Below are positions 49,320 to 61,400 of a DNA stretch of 64,000 nucleotides, piece after piece. A program made the position numbers and the translations under genes. How positions within the stretch are numbered: position 1 is the first letter of the stretch; each line of letters opens with the position of its first letter. The stretch comes from Azolla caroliniana (taxonomy: Eukaryota; Plantae; Polypodiophyta): assembly GCA_043228905.1 (NCBI GenBank), contig JBHGNT010000016.1, forward strand, positions 9,982,001 to 10,046,000. The letters are read 5' to 3'. The notes beneath the pieces are model-generated. The model did not search any database. It was not told where the DNA came from and saw nothing but the letters and a program-made list of their open reading frames with translations.

Positions 49320-52300
49320 GTGGCCCATGTGACAAATAATAGACTTAGGATGAGTTTATGGAATTGTAACGGTGCACTTTGGACACACCCTGGCCGTCTA
49401 GAGGAGATTTTGAGGGTATCTGATATACTTTTTTTGGTAGAAACACATCAAAGTCCAAACCGAGGATTACCACGAGTTGATGGTTTTCGTTGGGAATCTG
49501 TCTTTAGACAAACCTCACGTCGACACACTACTAGAGGGTCTGGAGGGGTTGCGATATTATTTCGGAGAGAGATACATAGTAGGATAGAAATACTAAAGAA
49601 AGACCAGAAGCCCGTTTTATGTGGGTGAAAGTACTCACTAGCAAAGATCAGGTGATATTTATTGCCATTTCTTACTTCCCCCCGAAAGGATCTCGGTATA
49701 ATATGGCCGGAGTGGCGAGTATAGTTGATGAAGGAACGCCACATGGGCCTTCTCCATACGAACCTTTATCGGATGACATAATCCGATATTCTTCTCAAGG
49801 GGAAGTCTTCCTTGTAGGAGATTTCAATGCGAGAACCCAATCTCGCCAATGCACAATATTTCAGATGGATAGAAACCTAGAAATGGTGAATGTCGACCCT
49901 TTAGCCTTAGGCATAACACGTACATCAAAAGATCAAGGTGCGGACGCCACAAGCTTTGGCCATCATCTGCTTGAACTTGGAAGCCGACACCAGATGATCC
50001 TATATAATGGCTTAGCCAAGTGGCCGGGCTCGGAAGAGCTCACATGTTTCCCACATGGAGGAGGGGAAAGCACAGTTGATTACCTAATAGGACGCCCTGA
50101 AGCTACCCACATGGTTAGCTCCTTCCGGGTGGCCCCATGCCCCATTGGCGCAGACCATAGCTTCCTATACTTTGAGCTAAAATGTGACGCCTCCCACGCC
50201 ACCAACTCTAGTAAACCAACCCATCGCACTATAATACATTTCACGCATGAGCTCGCTGACATCTATTCTCGACATGTTCAAGCGCATCTCTCCTCTTTTG
50301 ATTCTTCCTTGCCTTTAGAGCACCTCACTACAGAACTCACACACATCCTCCACTCAGCAGCAACTAGTAGCTTCCCATATACGAAAGACTCCAATCATAG
50401 TAGAGTTGGGTCTATGCCACAGAACAAGTGGTATGATGAGGATTGTAGAGAGTTGTATAGACAACTTAAAGTATCGCGGCTTAGTGGTACTATTTCCTCA
50501 GTACAGGCTCGCAAAGAGATGCGCAAGATGACACGTCGTAAAAGACGGGCTTGGGAAGCATCTCAATATTGGGAACTCTACCATATGCTCATGAGTAGGG
50601 ATTGTGCCCTCGCATGGAAGAGGCTACGGGAACCGAGACCACAAACACCCATCGAGGATCCCAATATTTGGCACACATATATTGAGAGACTCTACCATGT
50701 CCCGAACCAACCACCCATTCCAATGCCCTCCACACCTCGACCTACCATGGGGACACTTTTCACGACCTCTAGGGTCACGAAGGTCATCAAAAAATTACAA
50801 CATAGGAAATCCATGGACCACACAGGATTGTGTGCCGAGCACATCATATATGCTCGAGAGTGCCTAGCCCCCCTTCTCGCTCTAATCTTCAACTGCGCCC
50901 TCGCCGAGGGTTTTCCACCACAATGGGCCATGAACACAGTGGCCCCTATACATAAAGGAGGGGACTCAATGGACCCAAATACATATAGGACCGTTATGAT
51001 AGGTCATATGCTCGCTAAACTATATGGTGCAGTAATGGAAGCGGAGCTCAGTGATTATATGGAAACATTAAGTCTTCGAGCACCTGAGCAAGCTGGCTTT
51101 AGACGAGCCTTCTCCACTATTGACCATATCTTCACACTCAGGTGCTTAATTGACCAGACAAAGGCTCGTAAGAAGAAACTATATTGTTGCTTTGTGGACT
51201 TTCGCAAGGCCTTTGACACGGTTCCTAGGGAAAGGTTGTTTGATAGACTTAAGAGCTTGGAGATACCAGATGACATGATCTGGGCCATTTATGCCCTATA
51301 TGAGCAAGTCTCTGGGTGTGTAAGATGCCCAGGTGGCCTATCCGATTGTTTCACTAGCACCATTGGTGTAAAACAGGGTTGCCCCCTATCACCGACTCTT
51401 TTTGGGATCTACATTGATGAGATCACTGATTTTATTGCTCGTAAGGGAGGCAAGGGAGTAGCTATTGGGGAGACGCAAGTTAGTCTCTTACTCTACGCAG
51501 ACGACATTGTCTTGCTCTCAGAGTCGGAACACGACCTACAAAAGCATCTTAATGCCCTGGATGACTTTTGTACACAACGAGGACTGGTAGTGAATTTAGC
51601 GAAAACTAAAGTCCTTATCTTTCATACATCGTCCCGAGTTAGGAGTCAATGTCACCTAATCCTCTCTCATAAACCAGTTGAGGTAGTGGGATCGTATGTA
51701 TACTTGGGAGTCACCTTTAGTGCTCGCTCAGGTAAATTCTTGATGACCCAGGCAGCCAAAGATAGGCTAACGAGAGGGTATGCATCCCTCTCACTCTTAG
51801 AGAGACAATGCCATCAGGCATACTTTCAAGAGCCACGGACTAAGGGATGGCTTTTTGACTCATTAGTGACCCCGTCCCTCATGTATGCATCAGTAGTATG
51901 GGCTCCAGGTTTACCATCTTTCATGTGGACGCAATTAGAGAGACCTTTAGTGACGATGTTATCACGTCAACTCCGAAGCAAATCGACAGTACCACATGAC
52001 ATTATTAGAGCTGAGTTCAGTCTACCCCCGATGTTAGTAGAAGCACTCTTTCAAGTGGTAGTTTTTATTCATCGGATACATAGCCAACCACAAGATAGGA
52101 TATCCCGTCGAGCCTTTGAGGCGTCTCGATCTTTATATGTGTCTGGCGACACTAGCTCTTGGTATAGCATCGTGGTGAGTTGGCTCCGTGCGAACGGCAT
52201 AGACATTAATAACCTACCTCCCCTTAAGTACAACCATGGGACTGATCAAACTTTAATCTCTCACGAAGATCGTAATAAAGTGATACGCCAAGAAATATGG

Positions 52301-53062
52301 CAAATTTACACTCGATACAAATGGATCACCCCACGAGAACCACTCCCATCTAAAATGGTGTACTATAAGGAACACTTCTTGCGCTTCTCTACGCTAGGTT
52401 TTATTACACGACCAAGATATTTAGATACATTCTTATCAAATGCACTAAGGGTGGCCATTGGACAACTTAGGATATCATCTCACCAACTTGAGATTGAGAA
52501 TGGTCGGGCTAATAGAGTCCCTAGAGAGGAAAGGTTATGTAGGTTATGCCACATAGAGATAGAGGATGAGTATCACTTCACATGCAAATGCCCAACTTAT
52601 GCCGAGATACGAGCGGAATACCAAGACATACTAGGACCCTCTCCCACCCTCTCCAAACTATTAGATACCCCGAATGTAAAGAGACTAGGTAGATATATCT
52701 TAGACCTAAAACAACATAGGGAGAATAAATTACAAAGTGCTAACGATAACCCTCTTAGTATTCATCACCATGTAACTAGTGTAATTTTTCAGGAACAAGG
52801 GGAGACGATGAATGTGGATACACTTACGCCGCTCGGCCTCTCCCTTGAGGAAGCAGAAATGCAAAGAACAACGAAACGCCCTCGAATGTTGGGCTTCAAA
52901 ACAAGTCAACGTGGAGTAGACAAGATTAAGAAGATAAGGGAACGTGAGCTACGTCGACTAGAAGCTATGGTTGGGGTACCTCTTACATGGGGACCACGGG
53001 CCACATCCACATCGCAACCCTTTGACCTTCCGCTTCTCTTCGAGAGACTTGGATGGAAATGA
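49320..53062 (+). CDS. LINE-A ORF2: AP endonuclease, RT, C-terminal zinc-binding motif (one frameshift near 49610)
   Basis: WNCNG, GDFNAR, VDY, ADH, QAGFR, DFRKAFD, QGCPLSP, YADD, YLG, SSHQLEIENGR..CRLC..EDEYHF..C. Confidence 0.9.
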
Positions 53063-53402
53063 AAATAACAATTGTATAACACCATTTTCATTGTAGTAGA
53101 ACATGTTTCTATATAAAACATGTTTGTTATTTTTTAGAACTATTTAGCTTAAACTCTATTTTTCATCTTATTTTTATTTTTACTTCGATGAATGGGTAAA
53201 TATCCCATTTTTGTTGTAAACCATTTGTCTCATGGGCCAACTTTGGCCTTAGAAGACGTTAATATTTCTTTCTTTCTTTCTTTCTTTATCTCTCTCTCTC
53301 TCGCTCCTGCGTACTGTGTGTGTGCCCAAGCTCTCCATTAAACCTGTGTTTTCTTACGTTCTTCTTTCTGTTGCTTCCGCACGTTGTTCTTTTCACACTT
53401 TC

Positions 53403-56400
53403 TGATTCAGCTCTTCATTCGGCCCACTCAGTCGGAATGAGATAGGACTCTCATCTAGGCTACCAAGATATTTTTCTTCTTCTTCCCGGATCATTTCGGG
53501 CTCACTAGCCTCATTTTTGTTGATCGGGTAGTTGGAATTGTTGGGGGTCAAAGTTGGAGTCGGTAAGGAGTACCATGATGTTGACTCATCAAACTCGACA
53601 TCTTGGCTTACTCAAACTTGTTTTGTTTGGGGGTTATAACACTTATAACCCTTATGTTCGTATGAGTAGCCGACCAAAATGCACTTCTCTGACTTTGAGT
53701 CTAGCTTCCTCCACTTCTCGTCCGGTACATCAACATAGGCTATGATACCGAATACCCTGAGGTGTCTTAAGTTCGGCTTTCGTCTGAAATACAGCTCATG
53801 TGCTAACATCTTCTCCCTGATCCGGTTTTGGATGTAGATGGCCACCCGGACCGTGTCAGCCTAGTAGAACTCGGGCATGTTCTTCTCCTCTAGCATTGCC
53901 TGTGCCGCTTCCACAACTGATTGATTCTTCCGCTTGGCTACGTTGTTTTATTTCACCGTATATCTGTAACTGAATTCTCGTCGAATTCCCTTCTATTGAA
54001 GATAGTTGTTGAATTGGCCAGAAAAATACTCTTTCCCACCATCTGACCGTAGGCACTTGATGTTTCCCTCTGTTACCCGTTCAACAAGACTTTGCAGGTT
54101 CTGGAAACAGTCGAAGACCTCAATGAGATAGATCCACGTATGCCAGTTGTAGTCGTCAATGAAGGAGACGAAGTATCGACTCCCGCCAAGAATAACACTT
54201 TGTGATGGTCCCCATACATCTGATTGTATTAAGTCTAGCATGTTCCGGCTCCGGTTTCTTCCGATGGGGAACGGAAGCCGATGTTGCTTCCCGTGCTAGC
54301 AGGCTTCACAAATTTGGGCTTCCAACCACTAAATTTCGGCAATCCGAAAACCACCTGTTTTGATTGCAGAACCTGAAGCCTCTGGTAGGTGATGTGGCCT
54401 ATTCTCTTGTGCCATAAGTCGATGTCCGACTCGACTTTTTGTCCTTTGGCGAATAGAGTGGTGCGAACGTCGTTGGTGTCAAGAATAAACATCCTCTCGT
54501 CCCAACGCACTTGCATTAGTTTCTGGCATTCTTCCTCGATGAAGCACCCAAGATGTGTGAATTGAGTTTACATCCCTTATTTAACCGACACCAAGTTCTT
54601 CGTAATTGTCAGAACATGTAATACTTTCATCAACTTCCCTTTTTGTCCGACATGTTCGATTGAGTGAGGCATGTTGTCTCTAGTTTCAACAACTCCCAGT
54701 TGTTGTGGTTTCTCCATATTCGAGAACTACTCTTCATGGCTCATCATATGGTTCAACGTCCCAGAGTCAACATACCACACTTCTTTTGACTTGTAGGTGG
54801 AATTCTTCATCGAGTTCTCCTTTTGCTTCATCACAAAGGGTGATCCCGATTTATTTCTGGTCTTTCCGGTTCCGGATCCGTCTGATCTTGTGATGTAATG
54901 CGAGCGTTGCCGACTCCCTTCTTCACCCTTGCTGGATCCGGATTTTTCCAAAGTGGTGCGCTTCTTCCAACACTCAGTCTCCTGGTGGCCTTTTTTTACC
55001 ACAATACCAACATTCTATTGAATCGGTTTTCGATTGCCGGTTCTCGAGGCCGTCTTGATTCCCACTATTCATGGAGGGTCCAGAACTACTGTCGGCACTA
55101 TCTTTGTGCTTCCGATTCTGATCTTGTCGGCCGTCACTATTCTATGTTGATCCGCCTCTGTGTACAACATGCGGTTGACTGATTGAGTGGTCCTCGACCC
55201 ACTCGCGTGGTTTTCTTCGGCCATGAACATTGATTGTAGGTCGAAGAAAGATAGTTGCTTCTCCCAAGTACAAATTGCCGTCCGAATAGGCTCGTACCTT
55301 TGCGCTAAACCACCAAGGCAAATCTGAACCATGTCATCTTTGTCCACTGTCACGTTGATGGACCCCAGTGCATCGCAGATCTCCTTTATTTCAGTGGTAT
55401 AGTCGGTAACCGACATATTCTGTTGTCGGATGTTGAGCTCTTGTCGGAGTTGCAATTTCCGGGCCGTGGTTCTTGACACGAAAATCTTCTTTAGATTTTC
55501 CCAGGCTTCTTTCGACGCTTGTGCATCCTTGATGTAGCCGAGCATCTGATTGTGCACATAGGATGCAACGCAGTGGTTTTCTTCGACTATGAAACATCGA
55601 TTGTAGGTCGAAGAAAGACGGTTGCTTCTCCCAGGTACTAATTGCCGTCCGAATATGCTCGTACCTTTGGGCTAAACCACCGAGGCAGATCTGAACCATG
55701 TCGTCTTTGACCACCATCACGTTGATGGACCCTAGTGTGTCGCAAATCTCCTTTATTTTAGTGGTATAGTCGGTAACCGACATATTCTGTTGTCGGATGT
55801 TGTTGAGCTCTTGTGGGAGTTGCAATTTCTAGGCTGTGGTTCTTGACGCGAAAATCTTCTTTAGATTTTCCCAAGTTTCTTTTGACGCTTTTGCATCCTT
55901 GATGTAGCCGAGCATCTGATCGTGCACACAAGACGCAACGCAGTACAACACTTTGCTTTCTCCTTGCTCCCATACCGGGAAGTCCTTATATGCTGGCTCT
56001 AGCGATAGTTCGTTTCCTCATTCAACATAACTCCAGTAATCGTGCCTCCAATATGCATAGTTGCTTCTGTCGAGCTTCTACATTGGAAGCGAGCTAGCCA
56101 TTCCTCTGTCCATCTCCTCTTCTATTTGTTCTTTACCGAAAGTTAGGTTTTCGTCTATTTAGTGCTTTCTATCGACAACAGAGGATTTTCAACCCTTGCA
56201 CTTTGATACCATGTAAAAATTAATGTGGGGAAGCTGAGACAAACGAGCTCAGCTGGATAGCAATAGAAAACAGAGACAATGTTTTAACGGAAGCTTTATG
56301 AAACACAGAGTATATGGGAGAGAGAGAGTAGAATATAAAGTCAAATTTCAAAATATATCACTCTATAGATACAATGTGCTCAGTGAGCACTTTTATACAA

Positions 56401-56615
56401 GTCCAAGGACTGATAGAAGTATTGACAAGTACTTCAATGCTCGTATCGTGCGACTAACACTGACTCCCAAAATATATGCCTACGTACTAGGCTAGATTTG
56501 TAGGCCTCTAATGGCCTACCGGTTCATCCTAATCCGTCTCTCTGATCCGGCTCTTGGTTCCAGACACCGATCCGGCGCTTGGCTTATAAGGCGGATCCGG
56601 ATCATGTTGACCTTG
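53403..56615 (-). mobile_element. Outer decayed copia: 5' LTR (~56212-56615), PBS, gag-PR-INT
   Basis: PBS TGGTATCAAAG on minus at 56201-56211. Motifs KGHQETEC, WYVDSG, LWHKRIGH, SDVWGP..FIDDY..LRSDGG. Confidence 0.85.
55207..55940. repeat. Tandem duplication (~367 bp) within copia gag
   Basis: QQNMSVTDYTT..DDMVQICLGGLAQRYE is encoded twice. Confidence 0.9.
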
Positions 56616-56619
56616 TGTG

Positions 56620-57480
56620 CTCAACAAAACCAAACTTGCATTCCATGTTGTCAAAAAATCCCTAACATGTGCTTCTGCATCAACACCTTCCCGAAATTTA
56701 GAATACGGGTAAGGCATATCGTCTTCACTCTAGATATCGTAAAATGATATCTCCTCATCCTGATTTTCGTTCCACTGACTATCAGTTATATCGGGGAGCG
56801 CAAACCACCTTCTACGTGTTTCTGGCTGTATCTCTGTAGCCGAATGTTTTTCTAGTGTCTTCATAATTGATCGTGTACGAGGACGTTTACAACTGACTTG
56901 TGTATCTAGACCAGACGACATCCATTCGACTTGTTCTCTGCTAATTGCAGATGTAACCGGGCGTGCCAAAATTATACTGTGTTGTTCGGTCGACAATAAC
57001 TATTGCCAACACAATATACGTCGAACGTTGCTCACCGAACATTCTATCAATGAATTGTGGTTTAGACGAATAGATACTAAAAATGGTTTTAAACTTATCG
57101 ATGTCCAGCAGTCATCGAGATCGCTATTTACGTAATAAGTTATAACAGAAAGGAAATAGATTGACAGAGTGTTTCGTACACAGAGATTTCCTAAAACCAA
57201 CTTTATATTACTAAATAAAACGATAGCTCTTTACACTGCCTTCAGTTCCTTTTATAGGCAACCAGAAGGACTTTCTCATCAAGAAAACATATTGCCAAAC
57301 ATGGCAAGAACTACAAAATCTTTAACTAACTTATAATTTCAATTTTAATTTACTTCGGCCAGATGCTGACTCATCGATCCTCTATACCGATCTGAATCTG
57401 ACTCCGACTCCAAGAACCTTCTTCATTTCCAACTCCGATTCCAAGAACCTTCTTCATTTCCGACTCCGACACTTCCCCAC
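56620..57480 (-). pseudogene. gypsy gag/leader fragment
   Basis: MPYPYSKFREGVDAEAHVRDFLTTWNA is homologous to MPFQYSKYRDDPDVEAHVHAFQQTWEA at ~59480. Confidence 0.6.
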
Positions 57481-57489
57481 TTGTCCGGG

Positions 57490-58408
57490 TAACACTTGCC
57501 TATAAAAAGGAACCAACGGCATTGTAAAATCTATCATTTTAGTTTTAGTAATATAAGTTTAGTTGTAGGAAATCTTAGTGTGCAACTGTTTATTTTCCAT
57601 CAATCTATCCTACTATAACTGTATTACGTAAGTAACGATCTCGATGTTTGTGTAACATCGATAAGTTTACAGTAACTTAGTATCTATTCGCACAACCACA
57701 ATTCTTTGATAGAACGTTCAGTATGAAACGTTCGAACTCCCTTGTGTGTCGGCGACAAAGTCTGTTGTCGGCCGAACAACATGAAGACTGGAAGATCAAG
57801 ATGGAAGATCTTCTTATCGTAAAAGATCTGTACGAGCCCATCGACAGAGAACAAATACCCACGAGGGTATTAGAGTCTAAATGGAAAACCCTCAATAGGA
57901 AGGCAATGGCCACCATGATACTATGCATAGATGTCAGTGTCCTTCAACATGTGATGGCAGAAGTTGATAGAGTTGTACAAACGAAAGAATCACCTGAACA
58001 AGACATCTTTGATGAGGACGATAGTAAGGCTGAAATATGGGGATGGAGAAAGCATAGTGGAACACATCAAGGTATTCATGGGGTTAGTAAATGAACTTGC
58101 GATAGCCAAGTTTCCCCGCGATGATGCAATGCAGGCCTCGTTGCTGATGTGTACCCTGCCAGATAGCTGGGAGAACCCAGTGATAACTCTCAGCATCTCA
58201 TTTCAAGAAGAAAACATGTCTTTACAAGTGGTAAAGACAAGTATCTTGAACGAGGAAATGAGAAGGAAGGACAAGGGTATCCTATCCCTGTCAAAGTCAA
58301 ATACGGTTCAACATACCAGTAGAGGAAGGAACAGACAGAGAAGTCCACAAAGGAGAGAAAAGTCCCATGCCAGATCCAAGTCCAGAAGTAAGCTTACATG
58401 CTTTTATT
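57490..58408 (+). pseudogene. Different copia lineage gag fragment, cut at the zinc knuckle
   Basis: WKIKMEDLL..LNRKAMATM..LMCTLPDSWE..ILNEEMRRK..LTCFY. Confidence 0.75.
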
Positions 58409-61400
58409 TGTTACCCGGCCGGCAAGAAGGCTTAAGGATGTCCACACCAGAGTGTGAAAGGAATAGTTTATTCGGAAACTGTTGTAATTATTTTATTAAT
58501 TCGGACGGACGGACCGGAATCGGTATGCGATCCGGATTCGGACCGATTTGGAATAGGTGCCGGTTGGCACCGTTTTGTACTTCGCACCAGAGACCTATAT
58601 AAAGGCCCGGTTACAATGTAATTGACAGCGGATAATTAATAGAACTTATTGCCTTAACCTTTCAGTATTGATTACCGTTCTGTACTCATTGTTATATCTT
58701 ACGCGTGTAATGACGTATTGCTAAGTAACCACTTAAGGTCTAATTAAGCGTTGTGTCGTAAGTCATCTTGCCGTAACACCCTTTGGTGAAGTGTCTTAAG
58801 TGGACACCCTGTGTTAGGCTATTGTCTGGCCCTAAGGATTAACACAGTTTTTGGCGACCATGATTCCTGCACAATCGCAGTGAACAACGACGGGAATGGA
58901 TGACTAGGCTAACAGACGACCCGGTTATGGAGAGAGCACGAAGATTTGTTGAACGACGAAGGCGGCGAGAGGCTTTCCAGCAAGCAGCGGAAGAAATCCG
59001 ATTGGATCGATCATTTTCCAAAGTGATCCAAAAAGTGGCGGAGGAGTCGCTCCGTCTGGAACAAAACGCCTACCCGGACGAAGGAAGCAGCTTAAGCAGT
59101 CTCCGGGAAGCGGAATCCCTTCTCTAGGCCTTGGCCGGAAGAGACGTCGAATCCGAAGCATTTTCGGTGCTGGAATCGGATTCGGAAGGGGGTTACAGCG
59201 CGCACACGAACTATCGCAACAGTAACGACACCCCAGGAGGACCGGAGGAGGAGGAGTCAGATACATTACCGACACCGGAACCAGAATTGTCAGACCGGGA
59301 ACCTCCGACACTAGATGTGGAGCAACCTCCGGAGACGGAAGAAGACAAAGAAAGACCTCTGACACCGGAAGTCGAGCCGGCAACACCAAAGGAAGACTGG
59401 CAAAGACCTCCGACGCCGACGGAACCACAGGAAAGGCCACCGACACGGCCAGCCCGCGTACCGACACCGGACGACAACATGCCGTTCCAGTACTCCAAGT
59501 ATAGGGATGACCCGGACGTGGAGGCTCATGTTCACGCGTTTCAACAAACATGGGAGGCGAACCATGTGTCACAACGGTTAACCGCGACCGAAGAGGAACG
59601 ATCTAAGATAGCCGAATTCGGCGTGACATTGGAAGGACCGGCCGCAAGATGGCACCGGACGCAGGACCCTAGCACCATCACCACCTTTGGGGACCTGAAA
59701 GATAAATTCTTGCACTTCTTTCAAAAGGAGGTGGACCAGAGAGAAATGGTGGGCCTATTTTATACCATCCGGCAGGACCCTGGGGAGAGCATTCCGCAGT
59801 TTGTCATCCAGTTTCAACGGATGCACAATCAACTTACCCGAACACCTCCGGACGAAGAAACACGGGCTATATTCTTAGCCGCGCTCCGGGAACCTCTACG
59901 AACGGTATGCATGGTCATCGACTTTCGCACAAGCACCGCCGACCAGGTCATTGACCGGGTTAGAGAAATGGGAGCCCTGCAACGAGCTCTTGGCTAACAA
60001 TGGGAGCCCTCCAACGAGCTCTTGGCTAACAATGGGAGCCCTCCAACGAGCGTTACCAATCGATGAGGATCTCCAGGTTCCAGCAAGCAATCCAATGCAT
60101 GACCTGCTTGAATTCTGGACACTCGGCACTGGAGTGCACCATGCGGACACACTGCTTACTCTGCCAATCTACGAGCCACACGATGGACCAGTGCGAATAT
60201 AACTTATTGAATCGGCAAGCACCACCAGTCCGGCAAATCGAGCCACGAAGCAGCCGAGACGAAGAAGACGAACACTAGCGGCGAGAGGAGCGATATCGAC
60301 CAGCACAAGATGTCCGGTACGGTGATCGGCGAGACAACTATGACCGATACGAGAGATATGACAGATACCAAAATTACAACGGACGGTACGAGCATTACAA
60401 CCGGGATCACTCGGGCCCCGGGTATCACCAACGAGGGGAAGATTACAGGAAATATGACGAACAACCCCGTCAAGGGTACTGCAACAAAAAGAACTTTAAT
60501 AAAAAATGGCATTTCAAAAAAGGGAGCCACCCACGTGAACCGGAAAAAGGCGCCTCAAGCAGCCAACCGGACCAAAGCCCTACGGTTACCACAAGTCCTC
60601 CACTGGGTACAGGAAACAATGCCGAATCCAGCAATACCCGGAAAGCATATTGCTATTATTGCCGACAAGAAGAACATTATAGTAATCAATGTCCGCCAAA
60701 GAGCTATGACAAGCGACCGACAGTAAACATGGTAGTCGCCGAAGTCGCAGATCTGTAGTAGGTTACCACAAGGTCGAAGGGTAGGGCGACAGAATGGGAG
60801 ACACAAGAGGCCATCTGGAAGCAGGCAACGGAATGGGTGAAAAAGGCAAATGAGCGAAACGTAGCAGAACTTGCACAGCAAAAGGAGAACACCAAAGAGC
60901 TCGCCGGCGGCAGTCAGACCGAAAATGCGACATGGCAGGCATTGCAGGAGTGCCAAATCATGTTGCCATTAGGACGGCTCCTGCAACTAGTGCCTAGATT
61001 CATAGAAGGACTCAAGACAGGCATGACGGCAGGAGAAACACCACCGGCACCAACATTCTTCTCAAATCCGGAGGAGGGACCGGCGGTGGTAGACACAAAC
61101 AGTCCGGCGATCACAGCCATCATGAAGGGAAAGGAGTTACCCGGAACAGTAATAGATGGAGGATCAGGCGTCAATGTGATTAGCCTCCGAACATGCACAA
61201 CCTTGGGAATCCAAGAGTGGGAACCATGCCCGTTCTGGCTACGGATGGCGGATACAAGCTCAGTGCGACCGACCGGCTTGATACGAGATTTGGAAGTAAC
61301 AATCGGCGGCCACACATTTCGCATCTCGGCAGTAGTGCTACAATTACAGGCACAAGGAGCTTACCCGCTATTGTTGGGGCGGCCATGGCTAAAAACGGCG

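Larger units (their letters stand above)
47989..53288 (+). mobile_element. LINE-A: near-intact full-length APE-RT LINE (RTEX-like)
   Basis: GC-rich 5' UTR of ccgtc/ctg repeats, ORF1, ORF2 with one frameshift, 3' UTR and (CTTT)n tail. Flanked on both sides by (CT)n. Confidence 0.9.
21738..53397 (+). mobile_element. Full-length decayed Ty1/copia element whose 3' LTR hosts a 25-kb nest
   Basis: 5' LTR 21738-22137, PBS TGGTATCAAAGC 22138, PPT ~27950-27960, 3' LTR 27961-28300 plus ~53289-53397. TSD CTTTC at 21733-21737 and 53398-53402. Confidence 0.9.
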
